Assembly (NCBI GenBank): GCA_009103225.1 | Contig: RHPI01003491.1 | Coordinates: 251,840-300,377 of the forward strand | Length of the DNA: 48,538 nucleotides | Direction: 5' to 3' | Origin: Chlorokybus atmophyticus | Lineage: Eukaryota; Plantae; Mesostigma and Chlorokybus algae | Position numbers and translations under genes: made by a program | In this document: positions 1-12,186 of the stretch, piece after piece | How the letters are laid out: each line of letters opens with the position of its first letter | Numbering within the stretch: position 1 is the first letter of the stretch | The notes under the pieces: generated by a model | What the model saw: the letters and a program-made list of their open reading frames with translations, nothing else | Databases searched by the model: none | What the model was told of the DNA's origin: nothing

Positions 1-2868
1 GGTGTTAAACAACCCCCCCCACCCCAACCGACCCACACACACACTCCAGTAAGCGCCTGGTAGGTTGGTGCTGCTCTCGACAGCCAAGAGTAGGACGTGT
101 AGAAGCGGGTAAAGGATGGACGATCACAGCGCGTGCGCGGGGGGAAGGGCAGCTCCTAAACAGAGCGCAACACCCTGCCAACAATGACTTGGAAAAGGCT
201 ACGCTATGAATGCATCATATCACTGGCTCCTGGCGGGTAAATCGAGACAGCATTGGGCACGGTTCGTACAACAAGCCATGCAACCTGTGCGCAACAACCC
301 TCACAACATCGAACGCGCATCTCGAAGTGTGCTGCGCAACATGTTATGCAGCTTTTCTTCGTTCAAACAAGCGTGCCTGGTGAGCTACGAGATCACCAGA
401 TCAAAGTCTCTATAATACTACTGTTGCTCTTATCAAAGAGCATTATTGGTCATCCAAAGGTTGCGTACTCTCTAATAACAAAACCCGTATTTACACCATA
501 CCAATCGCTTGAGATTGGTGTCTTCAAGTGAGAGTAATGTGGCACGAAGAGGCATCGTTCTGGTTGTCGCCATAGTACCAATCCCAGTTCTGCTGAATGA
601 GGAAGCGCTTGCCTTTGATGTACGTGTTGTACCGCTTGCCGGCATACGAGTACTGGGTGCCATACCTGCAAAGTATCACACAGATGTTGGTTGTGATGAA
701 GTTTGCTGCGGCCAAGTGATGACATGTATGCATATTGGGGGCACTTACGTGTAAGCACACTTGTCGGCATTCTCGTTGCCCTGCTTATCATGGTATGCGT
801 TGAGTTTCGGGTCCGAGTGGGCCTCCATCAGCTGTAGTGACCAGAATTAGGATCGAGTTTTGACAAAGTAAACACACGTTTGCGCGTGCACCAACCCATC
901 CCCCTCTTCCCCACCCACCCACCCACCCAAACACCCAAACACACATCCACGCACAACAGCCTATGCGTGCGTGCACATGCGTGTGCCAAAGACACGCATG
1001 CTCATACGCACACGTACCCCACACAGGGTGTGCGCGTACACACACAGGTGCGCGTACACGCACATACGTAGAGACACACACATACACACCCACTCACCTC
1101 ATGTGCCAGAACGCTGGCCATCATGTCACCAGCCCAGTCATTGGGTGCGCTGGACGGGTTAATCGACAGCGGGCCCCCACAATTTCTGGAGCAGCGCGTG
1201 GCCGCATTACCAATGAACGCATATTTCATGTCATACTTGTCGTACGTGTGCCAACCGCAGTGCTTCCTGCAACCCAACAACCCAACATGAGCGGGTGGGG
1301 AGTTGAACCTCATAACATACAATCAGAGTTGAGGCTTACGTGCAGAAGCCAGGTATGGTGACCGTGTTGTCGGTGATGACAAAATATACGCCATTCGGGT
1401 CAACCTTCTTGCCGAAATATGGGCTCAGCGCAGCGTTGCGGGCGAGAATTTGCACTTGATTGTTGGTAAGTCTGCACGCACATTCATAAGTACATAACCA
1501 TCAGTACACAGAAGAGTTGTATTCAGGTGCAAAGCAGCTGTGCAATGCAAGCTCAAATCCAACATGTTGATAGCTATAGCCACTCACGTGTGCCCAAAGT
1601 GGTAGCCGTTGTAGAGTACACTTCCCTTGAACACAACGGGGGAGTGGCCGAGGCTAAAGTCCGTCGTGTAACGTGACTCGATGTTCTTCCACCACCAAGT
1701 ATTACCAATACCCTACGTCCACAGGTATGATAAGTGTGTTGTGTCGCACGAAAGTAACGTGCACAACATCATGTGCACAAGCGGTCAACAGACTCTCAGG
1801 GGGTTGACTGACTCAGTCAGTAGATTGAGTCAGTCAATTCACTCACCTGTGCAAGAGTTGTAAGTGTTGCGCCCGTTTTGCTGTTGGAATATGGCAGTCT
1901 GCCCCAGTTGCCATAAAAGGCGTAGTACACGTTGACAGGCCTGCCCTGGCCCATTACAGGACCTTTCCAGTAAAAGATGGGTGAGTTGATACCTGTGCAA
2001 GCGGCATAATAACTTTAGCAAACATGTTGGGGATCAGAGGAGTGCTTCAGACATGTGTGTGCGCCCGTGCAAGAATGTACGTGTACCTGCGTATGTGGAT
2101 GCAGCCCCCTCTTCCAGCCCGTGCTTTTGAGCGTGTGGGTCGATTGCATCACTTGGCGCTTCTGCTCAGAACACAACTTGAGTCAGCTCAGCTGCTGCAA
2201 CAGCAACAGTCCATCACGCATGTCTGTGTGCTACTCACTAGCGGTGGAGGCGTCGGTGTGCTGAGCTGCAACATCGCCATGATCGTTGTTGTTGATGGGA
2301 TGGATGCGGAGGGGAGGAGGAATGTCGCTGTCGCTGTGGCCGGCAGAAGCTGCTGCCTTGTGCACCTCCTCAGCATTGATGTACTCCAGGCCTGTGAGCT
2401 CAACCATATCTGGCCAACATACAAACTAGTCAGAGGAGATTGAGAGAACAAATGTACAACAGCTGTTGCGCGCACAAGTGTACACATGCAGTGCATCGCA
2501 ATAGCAGCGCAGACCAACCTGGCAGATCTTCAGCGGCAGTGCATCTGGGAAACATCTGCATACCAACCAGCAGCAGGAAGAGGCAGCTCATAGAGGCTGC
2601 TTTGGTTGACGCCATGGTCGTGACACTGATTTACTCGCACCGGCACGCAAACAACTGCACAGACACTGACCCTATTGCCCAAACATGTTGGTTTATATAT
2701 CAGATTGCCACGCGAGGCGCCCTGTTGCGCGACCTGAGGCTGGGCTTAGCAATGCGTGACAGTCACTGACAGTTACTGACAGGGCAGGGTGATCACCTGA
2801 ATGATACGTACAGCAAGGCGTACGGCAGCCTGCCCGATAATAGAATTGAATGACTCTACCGTAGAGCT
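1..2868 (+). repeat. Segmental duplication, copy A (matches 28906-31796)
   Basis: Near-identical direct repeat including introns and flanks, from the (CA)n tract through ctctac(c/g)gtagagct. Confidence 0.92.
524..2615 (-). CDS. EXL: PHI-1/EXORDIUM-like secreted protein, copy 1 (9 exons, 379 aa, intact)
   Basis: Manual splicing with GT-AG introns gives exons 2615-2519, 2409-2239, 2161-2087, 1992-1847, 1712-1588, 1471-1340, 1266-1098, 831-749 and 665-524: 1140 nt, all phases compatible, no internal stop. It begins with a signal-peptide-like MASTKAASMSCLFLLLVG. Phi-1 family motifs are GPVMGQGRPVNVYYAFYGNW, DPNGVYFVITD..V..GFC, HCGWH, YAFIGNAATRC, DMMASVLAHELMEAHSDP..NAY, GNENADKC and RFLIQQNWD. 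Confidence 0.88.
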
Positions 2869-2955
2869 TCTCAAGCTGCAGTTACTGAGATTTTTGCTGC
2901 AAGCTGTGATGCTTTCACCTTGCACTGATGTGCACGCTTGCTGAAGCGCGATTGA

Positions 2956-3043
2956 GCATATACATGTATTCAAATATACTCATTCGTACAAGATTTGTCA
3001 TTTATGTAGCACTAATACCCCTATTACTATTGCTCCCGCTACA
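2956..3043 (-). mobile_element. Truncated LTR remnant of the 25017-25578 LTR, upstream of SDR copy 1
   Basis: Matches 25491-25578 (…tacccctatta(c/t)tattgctcccgctaca) and shares the same downstream flank atttcacatgagcgcc. Confidence 0.8.
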
Positions 3044-3408
3044 ATTTCACATGAGCGCCTGCGGCATTATCCTTGACTTGAAGGGCAGGGAAGCTGCTGC
3101 AAGTAAATTAAGCTACCAAAGTTTCATTTTTGTGAGCACTATTGTATACTACAGTTTGCTTCATGCCAAGCGCTCCTTCAGTCAAATTCATACCCGTGTC
3201 TTCTGAGGCCCTCAACATGTTCCAGTACAAGACTTGTCATGTACATGGCAACTTGTTTGGACTCCATGCACAATGTCGTGTTTGGGGGCCAAATCACACC
3301 CTGCATGCACAGTGCCAGGCCCAAGCATTCGCCAGCAGGAGAGCGAGCGACGGCGGTGCCGGTGGCGGCCGCAGCAGTGCTCCGCAAGTTGCCGTCAGCG
3401 TCCTTTCT

Positions 3409-5541
3409 ATGGCCAACTCCGCCACCACCAAGCGGTAAGCGACAGGACAGGGGCAGCAAGCAGCTGCATGTTTCCGCAAGCTGCATCTGTTTTCAGAGAA
3501 CAGGCATGAAGGTCCTACTCTTGTGGTGGTCAGCTTTGCGGGCAAGGTGTTTCTCGTGACTGGCGCCAGCAGCGGCATTGGCGCCGTCACGGCGGAGCAC
3601 CGCCGTCCAAAGCGCCCACGTCTAGGTCACCGCCTGCCGCAAGGACCTCCCAGAGGAGCTGGAGCGGCAATATTGTGGGCGCAGGCGGCAAAGGTAGGGT
3701 TTGGAGGTGTATGCACTGTACATGCATGTGGGTTTGCTGTGTTTATTTGAGTCTATAGCGCATGTGCGTGATGAGCCTGGCCACATCCCCGTTAGTAATA
3801 CAAAATACACTCTCACTTTGCCGTGTTTTTGTTCATTCATTGACAGCAGTTGCTCAGTTGATGGCTACAACTCTGCCAGCATGCTTGCTCTTATGTTGCC
3901 ACAAGTTGCCAGGGAGTAACAGTTTGTTAGAGTGCATTGCTGCTTAAGCAGTACACTGTCACAACAGTCACTGCTGTGGCGGTACGACCAATGCACTCGG
4001 CCGCCAACAGAGCCTGTTGTAGCGGCTGTTGAGTGGTACAGCGGTTGCACCGGCAATGGGAAAGTTCAACAGCATACACCAAGTAAGTACATGTTGGGTC
4101 ACCAAGCATTTTCATGGGTTCAATCATGGAGAGAAGAATCACATGTGTACATGATAGCTTGCTTGCCAGTTGCTTCGGTCACCCCTTCTCGCGTGCACCT
4201 TCAGCATGCGTTGAACAGTTTTTGCAGTGTCAAGCTGTTGGCATCAAGCGTTGCAACTCTTTTCAGACTGGCTTCTTCTTTCTCGCAACACCACCAATGG
4301 CTTTCTCCCCATGCAACAGCAACTGCCGCTGTTTTGGACGTGACAGACACAGCGCCAATTGAGCAGGTCAAGCGGGGTGTGCATGATTGTGGGTGTGTTA
4401 CGTGGTGTGGTGCATCGCAGGTTCAACGCTGACTGTGGTTGTGTGTGCTGTGGGATCAGGTTGTAGCGGACATTGTGGCAACGTACGGGAAGCTTGACAG
4501 AGCCTTCTTATTAATGCAGGTACGCAGTCTCGCTTTGCGACTCACAAGGATGCTTGCAGCTGTTTGACAAGGCTGTCACTGTCACGTTGCAGAATCTGTG
4601 CTGCCACCAAGTGAATGCTGTGCATGTCATGCACACATTCACACACACACATGCGTTTATGCGTGCACGCGTGCGCACCCCAACTTGCATGGGTGGTTGA
4701 GCTGGCAAGCATGCATTATCGCTTAGTTATGGTTGCAGGCTACAACTCACCGCCCACCTCGTTGTCGACAACAGCATAGACGATTTGGATAGGACGCTGG
4801 CATAAACGCTGGTTAGAGGCCAAGCTTGCATGAAGGTAAACTTATCCACTTATGAAACCGCTTTTGTTGTTCTACTACTGGGACATGCACAGTGATCAAG
4901 GTAATGCTCGTGTTATATCATGCAAGCAGTTGCAGTTTTGCTGTGTTGTTGGGTTCTCTCAGCCGTTGTGCGCTCATTCGATCTGGTTCGTGTGGCTCTG
5001 TACTCTGTGTTAATATCCTCATCGGCATGATTGTTTAAGTGCAGGCAGAGCTGCGACAAATGCTCGTGCAAGGTCATGGCTCAATTGTGAACAACACAAG
5101 CATTTCTGGCCACAAGTACACGCCGCTTAGCAGCAGCTATTGCACCAGCAAGGCCGTTCTCAACAGCTTTACTATCCCTGCAGCAGTGGAGTCAAGAGTT
5201 GTATTGACCAACAGTGACGAGACACACACATGCATGCACGCATGGTGCAACCATGCTCATGATGTGCAGGTTGCGCAGTTTGGGGTGCGCGTAAACGCGA
5301 TCGCGCCAAGTTGCACTCTCCCGTCGGAGACATCTCGGCAATGATCAACGGCCCGTCGTTCACGCTGGACGTCCTTCTCAACCTCGTTGCGAGCAAATCG
5401 GTTGTTAACAGCAAAGACGTTGCTGCTATGGTGGCAGTGCTGTTCGACAACAGGTTATCAAAGTCTGTCACAGGTCAAGTCTTCAGCATTGATGGGGGTG
5501 CCGGTAGCAATCACCACAACTTGTACCACGAGCTGTGTTGA
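3409..5541 (+). pseudogene. Classical short-chain dehydrogenase/reductase (SDR) pseudogene, copy 1
   Basis: Spliced reading gives MANSATTKR|FAGKVFLVTGASSGIG (TGxxxGxG), ATAAVLDVTD, catalytic YCTSK, GVRVNAIAP and VTGQVFSIDGG. Lesions: 2-nt loss near 3600 (with a TAG in the restored frame), +1 near 3670, +2 destroying the NNAG motif near 4508, indels near 4800-4830, and a 1-nt loss near 5332. Confidence 0.85.
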
Positions 5542-6168
5542 TGTATATAGACTACTGGAAATTTGTCTTCTCAAGTGTCCACCTGATATATGCGACAAGC
5601 GCTTGTGACAAAATGTTTGGCTTTACCAGGCCCACATGCATGACATACTGGTGGCCTGGCTTGTTGACGCCCTTAGCAAGAAACAGTTAAAGTTGAAGAT
5701 TGACTCAAGAGCAGCGTGTCAATCGGGGGCAAGTTGTGCTACAATGTATCCCTGTGCAAGCGCTTGAAGCACTGCTTGCAATGAGTACTTAGATGTGTGC
5801 CAAACTATTACCGGGTCGCAACGGCTATGCCAATGTCAAGTAGAAAGGCCACATTATGCATGAACCATATAATGCAGCTGATCCCTGCCTTTGCAAGGCA
5901 CGGTCCATTGTGCAACAAGCCATGCAACCTGTGCACGACAGGTCTCATACGACTGCTCGACACATGTGTCTTCAAAGTTGCTGCACAACGTATTGCGCAG
6001 CTCTCATTGGTCACGAGATGGCCTAGTGGGCTACAAAGTCATTAGCTCAAGGTCGCCAACACTATCTGTTGAAGAAGGACTACTGCTCAGGGCTCTTTGG
6101 ACATCTGCCTACTCAAGTCCAAGACCACAGTGACGGAAAGCCCATCGCTTCAGACTGGTGGTCTTTAC

Positions 6169-7956
6169 TCAAGTGAGAGTGATGCGGCACGAGGAGGCAG
6201 CATTCTTGTTGTCGCCATGGAACCAATCCCAGTTCTGCTGAATGAGGAAGCGCTTGCCTTTAATGTGCGTGTTGTAACGCTTGCCAGCATCGACGTGCTG
6301 CTTGCCATACCTGCATCCCAATTTTGAGAGTTGGTTGAGATGAAGTTTGCTGCGGCCAAGTGATGCGCATGCATTTGGGGGCACTTACGTCCAAGCACAC
6401 TTGTCGGCATTCTCGTTGCCCTTATCATCATGCCATGCGTTGACTCTTGGGTCCGAGTGGGCCTCCATCAGCTGTGGTGACCACAATCGACAGCACGGTT
6501 CAACAACAGATAAAAACACTTGCACCAACCCATCCCCCTCTTGCCCACCCACCCACCCACCCACCCACCATCATACACAACAGCCTATGTGTACGCTCAT
6601 GCGTGTGTGCCAAGGACACGCATGCACGCACGCCTACCTCATGTGCCAGAATGCTGGCCATCATATCACCCGCCCAGTCATTGGGAGCGCTAGACTTCTT
6701 ACTCGCCAGCGGGCCCCCGCAATTTCCAGGGCAGCGCGTAGCGGCATTGCCGATGAACGCGTACTTCATGCCGTGCTTGTCGTACGTGTGCCATCCGCAG
6801 AACTTCCTGCAACACAGGGACCCGACGATGAGCTTGTGGTAAACTGTACCTCTCTTTACCCAATCAGAGTCAAGCTTACGTGCAAAAGCCAGATATGGTG
6901 ACCGTGTTGTCGGTGATAACAAAGTACACGCCGTTCGGGTCAACTTTCTTGCCAAAGTGTGGACTCAATGCAGCGTTGCGGGCGAGCTGTTGCACTTGGC
7001 TTGAGGTGATACTGCGCACGCGCACGCAACCATAAGCACACATGAGCGTTGTGTCCAGATGCAAAGCTGTTCACTCGGATCCAACGTGTTGATGACCACT
7101 CACGTGTGCCCATAACGGTAGCCTTTGTAGACCACGCTCCCCTTGAACACGACGGGGGAATGGCCGAGCTTTTTGTCTGTCGTGTAACGCGACTCGATGC
7201 TCTTCCACCACCCGGTGTTACCGACACCCTACTTGCCACGCATGTGGTGAGGAGGCTGTCTGCAATGCAATCACGTGCCACGTGTACAGACGCGCTTTAC
7301 TCACCTGTGCAAGAGTTGACAGCGCGGCGCGCGTTTTGCTGTTGGAGTAGGGAAGTCTGTCCCAGTTGCCATAATAGGCATAGTACACGTTCACGGGACT
7401 GCCCTGGCCCATCACGGGACCATGAAAGTATTTGATGGGGGAGTTGATACCTGTGCAGGCAGATAACAACTTCAGCAAACATGGCGGGGAGCGGAAGAGC
7501 TGCTAGCCTTTGTGCGAGTCCAGCATATATAAGTGTGTGTGCACAGTTTCGTGACTGTGGCGTACCTGCATAGGTGGACACGGGCCCCTCTGCCGGCGCG
7601 TGCTGTTGGGTGTGCGGGTCGATTGCACCACTCGGCGCTTCTGCGCAGCACACAACACAACTTTAGTCAGCTGCTGCAGCATCGACAGTTCCACCACACA
7701 TGTATGTCTGCCACTCACTTGCAGTGGAGGCGTTGGCTGCGACATTGCCATGGTCGATGTTGTTGATGGCATGGATGCGGAGAGGAGGGATGTCGCTGTC
7801 GCTGCGACTGGCAGCAGCTGTTGCCTCCTGCACGTCCTCGGCATCGATGTACTGCAGGCCTGTGAGCTCAGCCATATCTGACAAACGCACAACCCAGTCA
7901 GTGGCATGGCAGAGATGCAAAACCGATGTCACACACACATGCGTTGCAAAGTGCAT

Positions 7957-7987
<31 letters not shown>

Positions 7988-8082
7988 GGCAGGTCTTCAG
8001 CGGCAGTGCATCGGGAGATAACCTGCGTTCCAACCAGCAGCAGGAAGAGGCAGCTCATGGAGGCTGCAGTGGTCGACGCCAT
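6169..8082 (-). CDS. EXL: PHI-1/EXORDIUM-like secreted protein, copy 2 (9 exons, intact, more diverged paralog)
   Basis: Same 9-exon structure and intron phases as copy 1. Each exon was checked for frame (e.g. GVGNTGWWKSIESRY, KFCGWHTYDKHGMKYAFIGNAATRC, LMEAHSDPRVNAWHDDKGNENADKCAWT, RFLIQQNWDWFHGDNKNAASSCRITLT*). Confidence 0.86.
7957..7985. repeat. (CA)n microsatellite in intron 1 of EXL copy 2
   Basis: Directly visible. Confidence 0.95.
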
Positions 8083-9723
8083 GGTTGTGACGCTCGCTCG
8101 CTCACTCACGCTGACACACAGACACAGCAACAACTACACAGAACAGACGCTGCCACGGCTCCTGCCCAAACATGTTGGGTTTTACATATATACTATTCCA
8201 ACGCGACGCGGCCTGTTACGTGGCCTGTTAGCAACAGGCTGCTACGCGGCCTGAGGCTGGCTTAGCAACGACTGACAGGATGGTGACTGTGCATAGCTCT
8301 GACAGCTCAGCACAGGTGAATCCACCATCAAAAGCGCGGCCGTACGCTCCCCGATGCCACGTGCCTGAACTCGGCATGTTTATCTGGGGTGAGCCCGACG
8401 GCGCATGAAAACGTTCGAAAGTGAACGTTATAGGGATGATAGAACGCATCCAGAGCTATCCAACAAACTAAGCACGGGCTGAAACGACCATGTATTGCGC
8501 TTGTACAATAGTATTGAGTAGCGGTAATTTAGTCAGATGCCAACCTTAATCTCCCCCATTGTCGATAAATGTAACAATACTTTATCAACTCAAGTGAGGC
8601 AAAGCGCAAGCGCATGCTACGGATATAAAAAACACAGAATATAAGTATAATTATAAGAATTGATTATGTTTGTAACGGTGAAGCAATTATGCACTTCCAG
8701 TAATTCCCACCACAATTACCTCTACATCGGGTGGTAGGCACTGTGATATCAACCTTGAGTTATCTGACAAGTTAAGTTGGCGGCCTTGAGAGTGATAACT
8801 AAGGTCATTGCCGGTATTAACACTAAAAAACTCGCTATTGCTAATCCGATAACGGCGGTTACATAGCATAGATTAATACTAATAGGACACATTCAAACTT
8901 AAGGTAAACTCAATTTTGGAGGACTTCTAACTACCCTGTTGAACTCCCCTACTTGATTGCGCTCGTGCTGACGTGTCACATGTTCACATAAATGTCACAT
9001 GTTTAAATAAAAGAGTAAAATAATCGTTGTGTAGATAATTATCAGGGCTTTAAGAAATATGTATACACTATTGTCGGGAAGTCTGCCTAGCGTAAGTCAT
9101 ATCCGTATCATCTGTGATGGCTACTGTACTATCTTTGACAATCGTATTAAAAGTATTACAAATCGGATTTTTTGAGCCACCCGGTTTCAATTATGTAGGA
9201 TTGATCTGTCGGTGTGCCATATATGGTTCAAAAAACACATTTGAAGGCCTACATAAGAAAATTATCGTCAAAATTTATTGGACAATCATACATCATGATG
9301 GTGTAGCATCTGCATACTTTCAATGTTTCACTACAACTGCAGCACAGCATGATCCGGTCGGTAATCATGACATATGTAATGCTTTATCAAGCATGTCGTG
9401 TGTATCAACCTTGCAATAGCATTGGTACATGTTAGCAAACACATGCTATGTTCATTTACGCACACATTACCAAATTTAAGATGTTGCTTACGTGATAGCA
9501 CGATAGCACATTGCGCAGCCGCAGGTTGCATACTTATAAGCATGTTTGGGATTTTCACGCGGTGCTCGTGTGCCAATAAGCCCAACAAGTAATTTTCCTA
9601 GAATGTTTACGTCATAAGGCATAGTTGCACTATGCCGCTGCAAAGCGAATGCATGCGCGAATATGCGCGCATACCGTATTTGCCCAAATACATCCCCCCC
9701 TACAAACAAAGCCCCCCCCCCCC

Positions 9724-10111
9724 NNNNNNNNNNNNNNNNNNNNNNNNNNNNNNNNNNNNNNNNNNNNNNNNNNNNNNNNNNNNNNNNNNNNNNNNNNNNN
9801 NNNNNNNNNNNNNNNNNNNNNNNNNNNNNNNNNNNNNNNNNNNNNNNNNNNNNNNNNNNNNNNNNNNNNNNNNNNNNNNNNNNNNNNNNNNNNNNNNNNN
9901 NNNNNNNNNNNNNNNNNNNNNNNNNNNNNNNNNNNNNNNNNNNNNNNNNNNNNNNNNNNNNNNNNNNNNNNNNNNNNNNNNNNNNNNNNNNNNNNNNNNN
10001 NNNNNNNNNNNNNNNNNNNNNNNNNNNNNNNNNNNNNNNNNNNNNNNNNNNNNNNNNNNNNNNNNNNNNNNNNNNNNNNNNNNNNNNNNNNNNNNNNNNN
10101 NNNNNNNNNNN
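9724..10111. other. Assembly gap
   Basis: N run, preceded by poly-C. Confidence 1.
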
Positions 10112-10195
10112 CTCGCGCAACATCAACGAAGGGGGGTGTATTAGAACACTATTTTACCTGTAAAAGGGGGGTGTTAAACAAAGGCCCCCACCCAA

Positions 10196-11196
10196 CTAAC
10201 GGCTGACCCGCGCAAGCCTGGGGACCCTGTGGATCAGGACATCAGCGTCACATATATGCCGGCCAAGGTCTGTAAAATGCAGTACCTGATCTGAGGCCAG
10301 CATGGCTCTTGATGCTCCTGGTCGGAGCAGGTATGGCAATCCACATGCCGCTAATGGCTTCAATCTCCAGTACACTAGTGACGAGCACAGCTTTGGCCAT
10401 CCTTCCACGGGCGATTGGTGTAAGGATGTGGAGGTGGATTTGAGGAGAGAGGTGGGGGAAGCGTCCTACTTGGCGCCTACCATTCTGTACAGTGATAAGG
10501 CCACGCTGGACAGCGCGGCAAGCGCTCTGGCTACCCTCTGATGGCATCGCTTGCCAACTACAGTTGGAACATGTATGCTAGCAACATGGGGGTTGTTATG
10601 TTAGCGCGTCCGCCGGTGGTTCACGCAGTGGCCGAGCATCCCACCTAGGCGCAGGGCAAGGAATCGTTCCCAATTCGGAAATGTGAGATTTTTCATGACG
10701 CTTTGAATGTAGTGTTAAGGGATATAAAGCAGGCGAGCTGGGAAGGTCTGCAGCTCATCGACCCGAATGGCATCGAGCGTCGTGTGTTTCCCGCACTTGC
10801 CAACTACATTAACGACTTGCAGGTAGTGGGCATGCATAGTTGTAACCGGATGCAGCCTGCCAGTAAACAGCTTACGAAGGATGTTGTCAATGGAGCATCT
10901 GAAATTGTCGTGTTGCTGAAGACAGCCACACGCGCACGCACTGTGTCGAGCAACCAACACGACATCCTTGCAATGTTTGTCTCGTCACCAAATCAATTGT
11001 GTTGGCAATGGCTGAGGACGCGGAATTGAGAACCGAGGCTTTCTACACACCAGCAATACGACAACTGCGAGCGGACTTGCATAGCGGTGTTATGAATGCA
11101 CGCCAGACAGACAAGGCTTTCATATCGCAGCACTCCATGCATATCGAGGAGGTAATGGGCAAAATACCGGCATTCGTGAAAATGAGTTGCTTTCCG
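10196..11196 (+). mobile_element. Plavaka-like DNA transposase remnant (degenerate)
   Basis: Translation across frameshifts and stops gives YGNP..GFNLQY…HPSTGDW, APTILYSDKATLD, YPLMASLANY and CEIFHDALNVVLRDIKQASWEGLQLIDPNGIERRVFPALANYINDLQ. By recall these match Plavaka motifs TGDWW, ILxSDKT, PVYLTIGN and FHxxxxxIL…G..RRVFPxLAAYxADxPE. The 3' end is cut by the LTR at 11197. Confidence 0.65.
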
Positions 11197-11745
11197 TGTA
11201 ACCAGGCAATGTGGTTTGGCAACAGAATGCATTGTGGGGTTGGCGACAGTCGCGGGTGCCGGATGCTGACTGCCACCAACAGCATGGCGCTGCAAGGGGT
11301 AAAAAACCAATTGATGGTCCCATCAGTTGATGGGGCCTTTTATATCAGCATATCACAATGTTGCATATCAGTTGCGAAATTTACAATTAGATATCATCCC
11401 TATAAATAGGGTTGCCGTTTTGAGATCTCGCGTGAGCCAATCAGAGCTCAGTTATCAACTAATAATGTCCTCAACGGTAAGAACCTATGAATAAGGTACC
11501 TAGCGATTAGGTACTTCATACCTAACCATAGTAATCGCATGTATGAATTGACTTTAAATAGGCTTAAATAGGGGGTCCCACACCTATTCGGACCTATCAA
11601 AGTATAGTAAAGTATTATATATCATAAGCTTTAATAAGGGAGGAACTGTAAAAAGAAGGTATAAACAAGTATTTCATATGCTTAATTATACATGATGTGT
11701 CGTGTATGTAGCATTGATACCCCTTTTATTATTGCTCCCGTTACA
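11197..11745 (-). mobile_element. 3' LTR of a decayed minus-strand Ty3/gypsy chromovirus
   Basis: TG…CA termini. The polypurine tract GAGGGGGGAA lies immediately upstream on the minus strand (11746-11755). Homologous to 25017-25578 (roughly 70% by eye over most of its length). Confidence 0.82.
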
Positions 11746-12186
11746 TTCCCCCCTCACTTAAGTGTTCACCGTCCTCGTTGAACTCAAGGTGATTGGGCCA
11801 GGGTTTAAGTAATTCATACCAGTGAGATAGCAGTAAATGACAGGGTGGTAATGATACTGCACTGCAAGTTCATCATCAACCGAGCCCATAGTTATGGGTT
11901 GAGATGTGAATCTCAATTATCTCGAAGCAACTCGCGGCAGTGCGTAAGATGCCTGTCGGGCTCCTAACTGTTATGTTCATTTCTAAAACGTAAGTTGCGC
12001 GTCCTCAACTATTTAGCTTATGGTCTAATACAGCTTTCACCTTGTATTCAAGGTTGATGTCCACCTCTATTGGTGGTGGTGAAGATTGTGTTCTACCATC
12101 TAAGCGGTATGGTTTCAACAAGTTCATGTGATAACATATAAGATATACGCATGCTCGGGGGCAATTGCAGTCGGTAAGCGTGCGCA

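Noticed and set aside
788-1361. Many short His/Thr- or Val/Cys-rich ORFs (also at 29682-30255, 41898-42345)
   Set aside because: These are translations of CA/GT-rich intron or spacer sequence, with no family motifs.
3239-3408. Upstream ORFs (MHSARPKHSPAG…) as an SDR transit peptide
   Set aside because: Splice-phase analysis supports the ATG at 3409 (26191 in copy 2) joining in frame to FAGKVFLVTG. The upstream frames do not join cleanly.
8270-9700. AT-rich segment with a 101-aa ORF and a ~20-nt motif (ttatctg..gtga.cccgacgg) shared with ~33020
   Set aside because: No recognisable protein motif or element ends, and the similarity is too short to support a call.
9488-10206. Long ORFs containing X runs (also at 40879-41895, 42745-43844)
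   Set aside because: Artefacts of reading through N gaps and microsatellites.
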